DNA of 64,000 bases from Candidatus Nanopelagicales bacterium (GTDB lineage Bacteria > Actinomycetota > Actinomycetes > S36-B12), in assembly GCA_044375955.1 (NCBI GenBank), contig JBILLS010000001.1, positions 108,912-172,911 on the forward strand, read 5' to 3'. Of the stretch, positions 9,040 through 18,308 are shown piece after piece. Positions within the stretch are counted from its first letter, which is position 1, and every line of letters starts with the position of its first letter. The notes under the pieces are model-generated. The model searched no databases. It was not told the DNA's origin and worked only from the letters and a program-made list of their open reading frames with translations. The position numbers and the translations under genes are program-made.

Positions 9040-10131
9040 ATGCAGGTCATCCATGGTGAGGAATCAATCCCGGTCCGAAGTTCGACGACCACTGCCTGGG
9101 TCACTCTCCGCGGCGCGCATGTCGCGCCGGTCGAGTTCTCACTCGGTTCTCACACGGTGCAGCCCTACTCACTATCGCCGTGGTTGCCTTCAGAGCAGCA
9201 GGATCAGGACTCGCTGCTGCAGGTTCTGCGCGGGGATTTCTTCTGTCTACCCTTCGGCGCCCAGGCGGCCGGCCCTCCGCACGGTGTCATCGCAGGAAAC
9301 ACCTGGTCCGTCGTGGACGAGCAGCCCAACGCCGTCACGTTGCGCATCGCGGCGGAGGACATCGGAGCAACCGTGACCAAGACGGTCGAGGTGCGCGATG
9401 GTGACGCTTCCCTCTACCAAGAGTTCGTGGTCGAAGGCCTGTCCGGGATGTACAACTACGGGACCCACCCGATTCTGGACATGAGCGGGTATCCGACGGG
9501 GTCGGTCGAGTTGACCACTTCGCCGATCCGCTACGGCTCGGTGGCGCCCACGCTTTTCTCCGACCCTGCGCGGGGCGAACATCAGATCCTGGAGATCGGT
9601 GCCACATTCACGTCACTCGCATCAGTTCCGCGGGCTGACGGTCAGACGCTTGATCTGAGCCACCTTCCGACCCCACCCGGGCACGAAGACCTGGTGATGA
9701 TCGTTCCCGAGGCACGATCAGGACTGGCGTGGAGCGCACTCCGCTTCCCCGACCATGTGTGGTTCTCCCTTCGTCGGGTCGAGGACTTCCCCGCGACAGT
9801 TCTGTGGGTTTCCAACGGCGGCCGGTCTGCTGCGCCGTGGTCTAGTCGCCACACGGGTCGCCTCGGAATCGAGGACGTGTGCTCGTACTTCGCCGAGGGT
9901 CACGAGCCGTCGGTTGCCGCTCCCCTCGCGTCGCTGGGAATTCCCACGGCACGCGAGTTCCGTGCTGGAGAGAGCGTGCGGCTTCGAGTTGTGCAAGCGG
10001 TCGCCGCTCTGCCCGAGGGCTTCGGCAGGATCACCGAGATTCGCGATGTGCAGGGCTACGCCGTGATCGTGGACGACACTGGCCGCGAGATTCCCACCGC
10101 GACCAGTTGCGCGTACCTCAACGAGAAGTAG
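9040..10131 (+). CDS. hypothetical protein (possibly galactose-mutarotase-like fold)
   Basis: 363-aa ORF with an ATG start and no competing frame. There is only a weak by-eye resemblance to aldose-epimerase-like beta-sandwich proteins. Function unknown. Confidence 0.6.
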   Translation: MQVIHGEESIPVRSSTTTAWVTLRGAHVAPVEFSLGSHTVQPYSLSPWLPSEQQDQDSLLQVLRGDFFCLPFGAQAAGPPHGVIAGNTWSVVDEQPNAVTLRIAAEDIGATVTKTVEVRDGDASLYQEFVVEGLSGMYNYGTHPILDMSGYPTGSVELTTSPIRYGSVAPTLFSDPARGEHQILEIGATFTSLASVPRADGQTLDLSHLPTPPGHEDLVMIVPEARSGLAWSALRFPDHVWFSLRRVEDFPATVLWVSNGGRSAAPWSSRHTGRLGIEDVCSYFAEGHEPSVAAPLASLGIPTAREFRAGESVRLRVVQAVAALPEGFGRITEIRDVQGYAVIVDDTGREIPTATSCAYLNEK

Positions 10132-10133
10132 GC

Positions 10134-10568
10134 CTATCCCTCGATAGTCACGACGACGATGAAGCTCGACCCATCGGCGTTGGTGACCGTGACGTTCGCG
10201 GTTCCTGCGGACAGTGCCATCCCGCCCGGGTTGTAGGCGACCCCGCCCTCTTCCCTGCCGGGTGTGACCTCCACGACAGCCGGGTTGTCGGATTCGATGG
10301 TCGCCTTCAGCGGATCGTCGACCATGAACTCGAGCCCATCGCCGACGTTGGCGAGTGCCTCGGTCTGGTCGGGGACGATGACGATCGGCGCGAGCATCGA
10401 GAGGTTCTCGTCGGTGATCTCGATGCCATCGCCTTCCATGGTGTCGCCGACGGGAGTCGACTCACCGCCCGCGGCCGCCTGCTCCGCGCCGTCACCCCCG
10501 GACGAGCACCCTGCGACGAAGGTTGCCGCAAGTGTTGCGGCAGCGGCTAGGGCGATGATCCGACGCAT
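10134..10568 (-). CDS. lipoprotein with Ig-like (Big_2-type) C-terminal domain
   Basis: 144 aa. The signal peptide ends in the lipobox FVAG/C, and the C-terminal ~80 aa (ATIESDNPAVVEVTPG...ANVTVTNADGSS) look like a bacterial Ig-like domain. Confidence 0.7.
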   Translation of the reverse strand: MRRIIALAAAATLAATFVAGCSSGGDGAEQAAAGGESTPVGDTMEGDGIEITDENLSMLAPIVIVPDQTEALANVGDGLEFMVDDPLKATIESDNPAVVEVTPGREEGGVAYNPGGMALSAGTANVTVTNADGSSFIVVVTIEG

Positions 10569-10657
10569 GGGGGGGTCCTCTCGGTACGTGAGCTCTCACA
10601 CCTAGTCTGCCTTAGTCGAACTATTCGGCAAACACAGAGGGGACTTCGAGGATCCGC

Positions 10658-11878
10658 ATGTCCGGGAGCCAGCCCACCGCCCGCCGCCGATTGCCGGTCT
10701 TCATGCTGGAAAGTGCGAACCTCGCCTCCGGCCTCGGTAACGCCGTGGTGCTGGTGGCACTCCCCTGGCTAGTGCTCGAGATCACGGGGTCGCCCTCGTT
10801 CACGGGTGTCGTGGCTGCCGCGAGTGCGCTGCCGGCATTGGTGATGGCGCCTCTGGCGGGATGGCTGGTCGATCACGTGGGGCGCCGCGCGGTGAGTATC
10901 GGGTCAGACATCCTGTCCGCGCTCTCAGTCGCCGCGATCCCGGTGGTGGCGATCATCGGCGACCTCACGCCGACGATGATCCTGCTGCTCGCAGTGCTGG
11001 GCGCGGCGTTCGATCCGGCGGGGTATACCGCCCGCCGCACCCTGCTTGTCGACGCCGCACGTGCCGCTCAGATGGATCAGAACAGACTCAACGGGATCCA
11101 TGAGGGTGTGTTCGCCGTCGGGTTCGTCCTTGGTCCAGTGGTGGGTGCCGCCGCGATCACTGCGGTCGGCCCTACGAACGCGTTTTGGATTCCGTTCGGG
11201 CTTTTCCTTGTCGCCGCCCTCGCGATCACATGCATGCGCGTAACCGCCACGCGAGAGGAGGTCGATTCGTCGAGCACGGTCGGTTGGCGGGGGCTCACCC
11301 GTGGATTCGTAGTGCTGTCGAAGGATCGACTCCTGCTCACCATCACCATCGGGGTCCTTGTCCTCGCGGCGATCTACCTCCCGACGGAGGCGATCGTGCT
11401 ACCGACGTACTTCGAGGCGCGGGATGAACCCAGTTCCCTCGGGCTCGTGATTGCGGCGCTCTCAGCGGGGGCGATGATCGGCGCATTCCTCTACGGCTGG
11501 ATCAGTGCGCGCATGTCGACCAAGCGCCTACTGCAACTCATCATGATCGGAACAGCGGTGAGCATCCTTCCGATGGCGTTCCTACCCCCGCTTCCGATTC
11601 TCCTCGGAGCGGGATTCCTGCTTGGCTTCTTCTGGGGTCCATTCAATCCGCTGATGACGACGCTGGTGCAAGATCGCGTCCCCGCGGATGAGCAGGGTCG
11701 TGTGTTCGGGGTCCAACTCTCCGTGTTCTATGCGGCCCCACCGCTAGGAATGATCATCGTCGGCTACACGGTGGAGACTTGGGGTGTTGCCACGACGTAT
11801 CTCATTCTCGCCGGAACGCTGGCGATTACATCCATCGCGGTGCTGTTCGCGCGCTCGGTGCGTCAACTCCCCCCGTGA
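10658..11878 (+). CDS. MFS transporter
   Basis: 406 aa with about 12 TM helices and an MFS loop motif (PLAGWLVDHVGRR). The start could lie downstream. Confidence 0.8.
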   Translation: MSGSQPTARRRLPVFMLESANLASGLGNAVVLVALPWLVLEITGSPSFTGVVAAASALPALVMAPLAGWLVDHVGRRAVSIGSDILSALSVAAIPVVAIIGDLTPTMILLLAVLGAAFDPAGYTARRTLLVDAARAAQMDQNRLNGIHEGVFAVGFVLGPVVGAAAITAVGPTNAFWIPFGLFLVAALAITCMRVTATREEVDSSSTVGWRGLTRGFVVLSKDRLLLTITIGVLVLAAIYLPTEAIVLPTYFEARDEPSSLGLVIAALSAGAMIGAFLYGWISARMSTKRLLQLIMIGTAVSILPMAFLPPLPILLGAGFLLGFFWGPFNPLMTTLVQDRVPADEQGRVFGVQLSVFYAAPPLGMIIVGYTVETWGVATTYLILAGTLAITSIAVLFARSVRQLPP

Positions 11879-11919
11879 TCACACCGATCAACACAGGACC
11901 CGAGCCCTAGGCTTCCTCG

Positions 11920-13053
11920 ATGAATTCGCAACGGGAGGCCATGCCTGACCGGCTCCGCGCCCTCGCGTTGCTGGGAATCGTGGTTGTCAACGCACCGCTG
12001 CTTGGCATCGTTGGCAGCGAGGGGCTCTCTCAGGAGTCACTGACGGGCCCGATCAACACTTCGGCCGCCTTCCTGATGATTGCCCTCGCTCAGGGGAAGT
12101 TCTATCTCCTGTTCTCGTTTCTATTCGGCTATAGCGCCTCCTACATTCTCAAGGACAACACGCGCGCCAACAGGTTCCGCTTCAGCCGGAGGCTCCTCGT
12201 CCTCGCTGCAATCGGATTCGTGCATGCGGTCTTCTTCTTCATCGGAGACATCCTCATCAGCTACGCACTGCTCGGCTTCGGGCTCCTCGCGCTCTCCCGA
12301 CGCTCGGATCGAGCGCTCAAAGTCTGGATAGTGATCACGGCGACTGTCTCGGTCCTCCTGATCACAGCGTCTGTGTCACTGGTCGCACTGATCCCGGAAC
12401 CGAGTCCCGGCTTGACCTATCTGGACTCAGCGTTGGCGACTGGATCCTTCGTCGAGGCTGCCGGTGCGCGACTCCAGTCTCTTCCGACCGTGGTGATCTA
12501 CGTCCTGCTGACCCAGGGCGGGATGGCCTTCGCCGCATTCCTGCTGGGCCTGCTCGCTTCACGTCACCGATACCTGGCCGAACCGCTCACGCACTCGGCG
12601 CAATGGCGGCGGATGATGATCGTCGGCCTGTCTGTCGGACTTCCGCTCCAGGTGGTTGCGGCATGGCTGCAAGTCACCTCGATTAGCGCAGGATCGGTGT
12701 ACTCCGGAGCCGGCAGCTTGGGGTTGATTCTCGGTTTCTCGACGGCACCGGTGCTGGCTGCAGGCTATGTCGGTGCCTTGGGTTGGATCCTCAGTCGCAG
12801 GCCGGCTTTCCTCCGCACCCTCACTCCCGCAGGTCGGGCTTCACTCACGGTCTACATCGGCGAGTCCGTGCTGCTATCGCTGCTGTTCTGCGGCTACGGC
12901 CTGGGCTTCTACGGAGAGTGGGGCGCTTTCCCGGTCATGCTCGCGGCAGTCCTGTCGTGGGTTCTGCTGGTGCTGTTCGCTCGGCTGTGGCTCAATCGGT
13001 TCCCGCGCGGTCCACTGGAGGAAGTTGTCGCGCGTCTCACGCGACGTGGGTAA
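11920..13053 (+). CDS. DUF418/YeiB-family membrane protein
   Basis: 377 aa, polytopic. The N-terminus RLRALALLGIVVVNAPLLG is typical of the DUF418 family. Confidence 0.7.
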   Translation: MNSQREAMPDRLRALALLGIVVVNAPLLGIVGSEGLSQESLTGPINTSAAFLMIALAQGKFYLLFSFLFGYSASYILKDNTRANRFRFSRRLLVLAAIGFVHAVFFFIGDILISYALLGFGLLALSRRSDRALKVWIVITATVSVLLITASVSLVALIPEPSPGLTYLDSALATGSFVEAAGARLQSLPTVVIYVLLTQGGMAFAAFLLGLLASRHRYLAEPLTHSAQWRRMMIVGLSVGLPLQVVAAWLQVTSISAGSVYSGAGSLGLILGFSTAPVLAAGYVGALGWILSRRPAFLRTLTPAGRASLTVYIGESVLLSLLFCGYGLGFYGEWGAFPVMLAAVLSWVLLVLFARLWLNRFPRGPLEEVVARLTRRG

Positions 13054-13061
13054 CTCATGTT

Positions 13062-13125
13062 CTACGACTGCGCCATGTCCACGAAGCGTGAGTAGTGCCC
13101 CTGGAAGGAAACCGTGATGGTCGCG
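13062..13125 (-). pseudogene. orphan 3' fragment of dnaB (left direct repeat)
   Basis: In the dnaB frame the minus strand reads ATITVSFQGHYSRFVDMAQS-stop. The live DnaB C-terminus is ATITVAFQGHYSRFVDMAQS. It is 61/64 nt identical to 22645-22708, and no dnaB sequence lies upstream of it. Confidence 0.85.
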
Positions 13126-13211
13126 ATTCGTGTACAAGGGATCTTCAGAGCAATTGTCGAACTGACCAGCAGGCAGTGTCAGCATGAGCTTCTCATTGAA
13201 CTAGGTAGGCA

Positions 13212-14069
13212 CTAGGCCTTTTCAACGACTTGCCTTTGCAGACCCAGGCCTTGAATTCCCACCTCCATAACGTCACCTGGTGCCAAGTACCTTGGCGGCT
13301 TCTTCCCAAGACCAACCCCTGGCGGGGTGCCGGTGTTGATGAGGTCGCCGGGCTCAAGGACCATGAACTGACTGAGATACCAGACGAGGAAATTGACGGG
13401 GAAAATCATCGTCCTGGTCGAACCCTCCTGCATCCTTTCGCCATTGACATCAAGCCACATGTCGAGATCCTGAGCGTCGAGGATCTCATCGGGGGTAGCC
13501 AGCCATGGTCCACACGGGTTGAAGGAGTCGCATGACTTCCCCTTGACCCACTGACCTCCACGTTCAAGTTGAAATTCCCGTTCGGAAACGTCATTGACAA
13601 TCAGGTATCCCGCAATTGCGTCAGCCGCATCATCGGGAGAAGCGAGATAAGAGACACGTTGTCCTATCACGACGCCTAGCTCTACCTCCCAATCCGTCTT
13701 TCGTGAATTACGGGGGATGAACACCGGGTCATTGGGGCCTGCAATGGTGTTCGGAGCTTTATTGAAAATGATCGGTTCCGCAGGAATCGACATGTTTGAC
13801 TCAATCGCATGGTCCGAATAGTTGAGGCCAACACAAAGGATCTGATGTGGTCGAGATATTGGTGATCCGATTCTCTTTCCCGCTATCGATTGCTGAGGTC
13901 CCTGGTCGATTCTCCGCCGAATTGCCCTTTGCAGTTCCGGACTACCCAAATTGACGATTGCATCAGCATTGATATCGGGGACGATATCCGAGATATCGAC
14001 GAAGACCTCATCATTCACCATGACAGCAGGCGACTCGGCCCCGACCGGTCCAACTCGTGCGAATTTCAC
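13212..14069 (-). CDS. fumarylacetoacetate hydrolase (FAH)-family protein
   Basis: 285 aa with GLNYSDHAIES...PIIFNKAPNTIAGP...DWEVELGVVIG, typical of FAH-family 2-keto/2,4-diketo-acid hydrolases or hydratases. Confidence 0.85.
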   Translation of the reverse strand: MKFARVGPVGAESPAVMVNDEVFVDISDIVPDINADAIVNLGSPELQRAIRRRIDQGPQQSIAGKRIGSPISRPHQILCVGLNYSDHAIESNMSIPAEPIIFNKAPNTIAGPNDPVFIPRNSRKTDWEVELGVVIGQRVSYLASPDDAADAIAGYLIVNDVSEREFQLERGGQWVKGKSCDSFNPCGPWLATPDEILDAQDLDMWLDVNGERMQEGSTRTMIFPVNFLVWYLSQFMVLEPGDLINTGTPPGVGLGKKPPRYLAPGDVMEVGIQGLGLQRQVVEKA

Positions 14070-14989
14070 TCGTTCTCTCCTAAGTCGATCTTCTGTGAGG
14101 CTTCCCGTCGACTGACGTAATCGGGGAAACCGACCTTCAAGTTGACCATCACGGGCAATGGCGCACCCGGTACATGCACCTTGGAAACGTAGACCGCCCC
14201 GTCTTCCGCTCGCTTGCTCTGCTCGGGATTCGCGGTCGTTATTGCGAGGTGGTCAAGTTCGTCTCCAACGAAGCAGCAGGAGGTGACATGGGCGGCAGGC
14301 ACCTCGATCCTTTCCAAGGAATTCCCTCGGAGGTCAAAGCACACAAGCTGACCGCCGGACCAGAACGCAACCCACACACGACCCTTCACGTCCATTGCGC
14401 ATCCGTCAGGGAGTCCCGCTATATGCGAGAGGTCAACGATTCGGGGGGGCGAAGTGACTGTTCCCTCGTCCGGCGAGTAGTCATAGACGAAGAAGGCCCT
14501 TCGCAAGGTATCGATATGCACCATGGTGTGGCCATCAGCCGACCACACCAGGCCGTTGGAGATGCTCAGCCCGGACAAGATTTCGGTGGATCCGGCGCGA
14601 TCCACACGTAGCAAGGATCCGAAACCATCCTGATATTCGCGATGCGTAGTACCGAGGAACAGTCGACCTCGCGAGTCACATCCTCCGTCATTGAAGCGAA
14701 CGTTCACGTCCAAGGGGATATGCCTCACTGGCTCAATTTCAGGCAATATGCCCAAGGCGATCGACCTTTCAAGGGCCACAGCCTGTTGACCATCGGCGGT
14801 GGAGACAATGCAGCAGACCGATTGAAGGGTCTCAAAGGAACGCAGCTCCCGTGAGGCCCAATTGATCGAGAAGAGTTTTCGACTGTCGATGTCAGAAAAC
14901 CAGAGGATTCCACGCGGATCCCAATAGGGAGATTCCCCTAGGGAGCATCCAGCGTGGGCGACTAGTTCCGCCGTTGTCGTGGGGATCAT
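14066..14989 (-). CDS. SMP-30/gluconolactonase-family protein
   Basis: 307 aa. The N-terminal GESPYWDPRGILWFSDI and the repeated beta-propeller pattern fit this family. 4-nt overlaps on both sides. Confidence 0.8.
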   Translation of the reverse strand: MIPTTTAELVAHAGCSLGESPYWDPRGILWFSDIDSRKLFSINWASRELRSFETLQSVCCIVSTADGQQAVALERSIALGILPEIEPVRHIPLDVNVRFNDGGCDSRGRLFLGTTHREYQDGFGSLLRVDRAGSTEILSGLSISNGLVWSADGHTMVHIDTLRRAFFVYDYSPDEGTVTSPPRIVDLSHIAGLPDGCAMDVKGRVWVAFWSGGQLVCFDLRGNSLERIEVPAAHVTSCCFVGDELDHLAITTANPEQSKRAEDGAVYVSKVHVPGAPLPVMVNLKVGFPDYVSRREASQKIDLGENE

Positions 14990-15738
14990 CGTGCGGTCAT
15001 GCCGCCGTCGACAACCAGGGCGCTTCCAGTCACAAATGAGTTACGCACCAAGAAGACAACCGCGGCAGCAATTTCGTTCGGGTCACCGAGTCTTCCGAGT
15101 AATTGCCGTTCTTCCATCACTTTTCGCGCCTGCTCCGGCTGTGGGTTGTCAGCCAAGATTCCGTCGATCCAGCCAGTGAGTACCGTTCCTGGACAAACAG
15201 CGTTGACACGTATTCCATCCTTTGCATGATCGACTGCCATGGCTCGAGTAAGCGACACAACAGCACCCTTGGAAGCGCAATAGGCCGCGCGTGATTCAAG
15301 GCCGACGAGCGCGGCCACCGAGGCGATGTTGACGATTGATCCACCACCGCGACTGATCATGTGAGGGACCAGCAGCCGAGAAGTCTCGAATATGGCGTGG
15401 ATGTTTACGTCAAAGATTCGATGCCACTGTTCTCGGGTAGTCGCTACCACATTTGCGGCCACTGCTGTACCTGCATTATTCACGAGAACATCGATCGAAG
15501 TCCTGCCGAGCACCTCCGTTAGAGCTGCCTCAAGATTTGCGGCCTCAGCGACGTCCGCGGTAATTCCCTCGACCGCTACCCCCTCATCGTTGAGCGATGA
15601 GACAACCGTGGACAAGGTCTGGTCATCCCTATCGACGAGGACAAGATTCATCTTTTCCGAGGCAAGAGCGAAAGCGATCGAGCGCCCGATACCGCTCGCC
15701 GCACCGGTCACGAGTGCTGTTTTCTCCACGGCAGCCAC
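14986..15738 (-). CDS. SDR-family oxidoreductase
   Basis: 250 aa with TGAASGIG and YCASKGAV (YxxxK). Confidence 0.85.
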   Translation of the reverse strand: MAAVEKTALVTGAASGIGRSIAFALASEKMNLVLVDRDDQTLSTVVSSLNDEGVAVEGITADVAEAANLEAALTEVLGRTSIDVLVNNAGTAVAANVVATTREQWHRIFDVNIHAIFETSRLLVPHMISRGGGSIVNIASVAALVGLESRAAYCASKGAVVSLTRAMAVDHAKDGIRVNAVCPGTVLTGWIDGILADNPQPEQARKVMEERQLLGRLGDPNEIAAAVVFLVRNSFVTGSALVVDGGMTAR

Positions 15739-15740
15739 CC

Positions 15741-16109
15741 CTACTTCTGGGGAAGCCCAGAGACGTCAAAGTAGGCCCGCACTTCCTTGAAGCGGTCCCC
15801 TTCGAGCTTTATGACATTCACTCCTGATATCGGGTAGCGGACACCCTTCTCGTCGATCAGGACCGCAGACCACTCGACTACCGCGGTATCACCATCCCCG
15901 TAGTCCCCCACCACCTCGACCTCGAGACCTGGAAACTGCGCGGCCGATTCCTCGTAGTACCTCCGAACTTCATGGTGACCCACAAGGTCCCATCCTGGGG
16001 CAACGAAACGGGCATCGGGTTGGTAATGACGGAGCACTCCGTCTATGTCTCTCGCGCACTCACTTCTCCAGTACGACTCGGCGACTTCTCTTTGTCTTGA
16101 CACGTTCAT
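15741..16109 (-). CDS. SnoaL/NTF2-like small protein
   Basis: I moved the start to ATG 16107-16109 (MNVSRQREVAESYW). 122 aa with a SnoaL-like pattern (YYEESAAQFPGLEVEV...AVVEW). The longest ORF adds 24 unlikely codons. Confidence 0.6.
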   Translation of the reverse strand: MNVSRQREVAESYWRSECARDIDGVLRHYQPDARFVAPGWDLVGHHEVRRYYEESAAQFPGLEVEVVGDYGDGDTAVVEWSAVLIDEKGVRYPISGVNVIKLEGDRFKEVRAYFDVSGLPQK

Positions 16110-16147
16110 GCACCTCACAGTGGGTCGCGGAAATTGGAAATGGGAAT

Positions 16148-16179
16148 GGTGGGCGGAGGACACACATCCTCCGCCCACC
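16148..16179 (-). terminator. intra-operon stem-loop just after the SBP gene
   Basis: Perfect 13-bp stem GGTGGGCGGAGGA / TCCTCCGCCCACC with a 6-nt loop, 7 nt past the SBP stop. On the minus strand it is followed by the T-rich ATTCCCATTTCCAATTTCC. Confidence 0.6.
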
Positions 16180-16185
16180 ACGCGG

Positions 16186-17271
16186 CTAGAAAGCGCCGCC
16201 CGTTTCCTTTTGCTTGGTTATGTACTCGGCGATGTTGGTCTCATCGACCACATAGAGATCCGTGTACAACGGATCCGCAGGTGGAGTGCAGGTGTTGAGA
16301 TAGTCGACCATCGCCTGGACGCCGGTCTGGCCGAATCCCCACCATGAGTAGCCGACGAGCTCATTCGCATAGCCCTGATCGACGGCATTGAGCGCACCCT
16401 CCAGTGAATCGAGAGAATTCACGTATCCACCGTCAGCCACGAACTGCTTGAGGTTCGGCATTGAGGCGAGGTCAGCGAAGAACGGCCACATGCCGACAAA
16501 GAAGTACCCCTTGAGATCCGGCGTGGCATTGATCTTCGTTTCAACGATCTCGACTGCCTTCTGGACATCATCGAAATTCGGGTCCACCGAAACAATCTCC
16601 AGTTTCGAATTACTGGCAATACCCTCCTTGAAACCAGCAAGTCGTTGCTCGAGATTGAGGGCACCCGGTGTGCCCGTGAGAACGGCCACCTGACCACCAT
16701 CCGGCATCGCCTTCGCCATCAATTCGCCCGCCAACTTGCCTGCTGCGGTCTGGTCAATACCAATATTCGTCAGCCGCTTGGATGCCGGTGCGTCTGCATC
16801 CCAGGTCATGACCGGAATTCCCGCCTCGACAGCCCGGTCAATGCTCGGATCCAGCGCGGACGCGTCGTTCGCGCTGAGAATGATCCCATCGACACCTTTT
16901 GTCACGAGATCGTCGATGATCTGGCTCTGGGCAGCTGCATCCGTAGTCGCCGGACCTACCCATTCCACGGTGACGTTGCCAAGTTCGGCAGCCTTGTCCT
17001 CTGCACCCTGGCGAGTGATCTCGAATACAGGGTTGTTCAAGGCCTTCGGAACGAAAGCGATAGTGTAAGCATCCTTCGGGGTCGGGCAATTTGCATTGGC
17101 TTCGGCAGCGGGGCTTTGCGCCGCGGCCGTCTCCTCTGCAGTTTGGGCGTCTGAGGTTTCTGCGCTGTCAGTTGAGCCTCCACACGCGGCCAAGACCATG
17201 GCCCCGACAGCCAGCATCGTTACCGCGATGCTGGTCTGTCCCTTGATTCTCTTCATGTGCATCTTCTCCAT
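16186..17271 (-). CDS. sugar ABC transporter substrate-binding lipoprotein
   Basis: 361 aa. The signal peptide carries the lipobox LAA/C, followed by a low-complexity linker and a type I periplasmic binding fold. Confidence 0.85.
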   Translation of the reverse strand: MEKMHMKRIKGQTSIAVTMLAVGAMVLAACGGSTDSAETSDAQTAEETAAAQSPAAEANANCPTPKDAYTIAFVPKALNNPVFEITRQGAEDKAAELGNVTVEWVGPATTDAAAQSQIIDDLVTKGVDGIILSANDASALDPSIDRAVEAGIPVMTWDADAPASKRLTNIGIDQTAAGKLAGELMAKAMPDGGQVAVLTGTPGALNLEQRLAGFKEGIASNSKLEIVSVDPNFDDVQKAVEIVETKINATPDLKGYFFVGMWPFFADLASMPNLKQFVADGGYVNSLDSLEGALNAVDQGYANELVGYSWWGFGQTGVQAMVDYLNTCTPPADPLYTDLYVVDETNIAEYITKQKETGGAF

Positions 17272-17312
17272 TCCTTAGTTGACCTGCTGTCCACCAGCAG
17301 GACATTCGTGGG

Positions 17313-18308
17313 TTACTGGGTGCGACTTCGCCGTCGGAAGAGGTCAAACATCGCAGCGACCAATATGACGGCACCGATAAATGTCTGTTGCCAGTAGGTG
17401 GGAACAGACAGGAGCACCAGTGCGTTATTCACCAGTGAGATGAGCAATGCACCCAGGAGAACTCCGAGTGCGGTTCCTTTGCCGCCCGCAAGCGAGGCAC
17501 CACCGATGACCACCGCCGCGATAACGGTCAGTTCCATTCCAACACCTGCGTTCGGAACGGCAGAGCCGAGGCGCGCGGTGACCATGACACCGGCTAGACC
17601 CGCGAAGAGGCCACTGAAAATGAACGCGAGCAGAATTCGACGCTTCACCGGGACTCCGGAAAGTCCAGCAGCCACACGATTAGATCCCACCGCATACATG
17701 TCCCGTCCCAGTGCGGTCTTCGCCAAGACGATCCAGACGATGACGGCGAGGAACACCGCGATCCAGATGGGTATGGGTACCCCGAGAACCGGTGCAGTGC
17801 CGAGTTCAAGAAACCCTTCGGGCAGTCCTGACACCGCTTGACCCTGTTTGTATCCCAGTGTGATACCTCGGACCATTTGCAGAGTCGCTAACGTGACGAT
17901 GAAACTCGTGATTCCAATGTAGGCAACAACGACACCATTGAACGCTCCGACGGCCAGACCAATGAGTAGCCCGACGACGAATGCCCAAATCGGATTACCC
18001 CCCTCTGCCATGATCGAGGCGGTCACGATTCCGGCAAGTCCCATCGTTGAGCCCACCGACAGATCGATCCCGCCGACGATCACCACAAACAGTTGGCCGA
18101 GAGCAGCCATCGCAACGAAGGCCCAGTACAGACCGACAGAAGACAAATTCTTTCCGGTAAGGAATGCATCCGATGAAAGGCTAAGTACCACCATTGCCAC
18201 TGCGATCGCGGCAAGAAGCCTGAGATCGCTGAACTTGCCGAGATAGGCTGAGATCGAACGTCCGGTGCCACCCCAGGAACTCGTCTCAATCGACGAACTG
18301 CTGCTCAT
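17313..18308 (-). CDS. sugar ABC transporter permease
   Basis: 331 aa, RbsC-type polytopic protein. Its start overlaps the ATPase stop by 4 nt. Confidence 0.85.
   Translation of the reverse strand: MSSSSSIETSSWGGTGRSISAYLGKFSDLRLLAAIAVAMVVLSLSSDAFLTGKNLSSVGLYWAFVAMAALGQLFVVIVGGIDLSVGSTMGLAGIVTASIMAEGGNPIWAFVVGLLIGLAVGAFNGVVVAYIGITSFIVTLATLQMVRGITLGYKQGQAVSGLPEGFLELGTAPVLGVPIPIWIAVFLAVIVWIVLAKTALGRDMYAVGSNRVAAGLSGVPVKRRILLAFIFSGLFAGLAGVMVTARLGSAVPNAGVGMELTVIAAVVIGGASLAGGKGTALGVLLGALLISLVNNALVLLSVPTYWQQTFIGAVILVAAMFDLFRRRSRTQ

Noticed and set aside
13054-13211. Searched both island borders for a tRNA or tmRNA gene as a classical attB, and for a terminal inverted repeat or target-site duplication of a transposon.
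   Set aside because: I saw no cloverleaf-like sequence and no inverted terminal repeats. The only border homology is the 64-nt direct dnaB-tail repeat.
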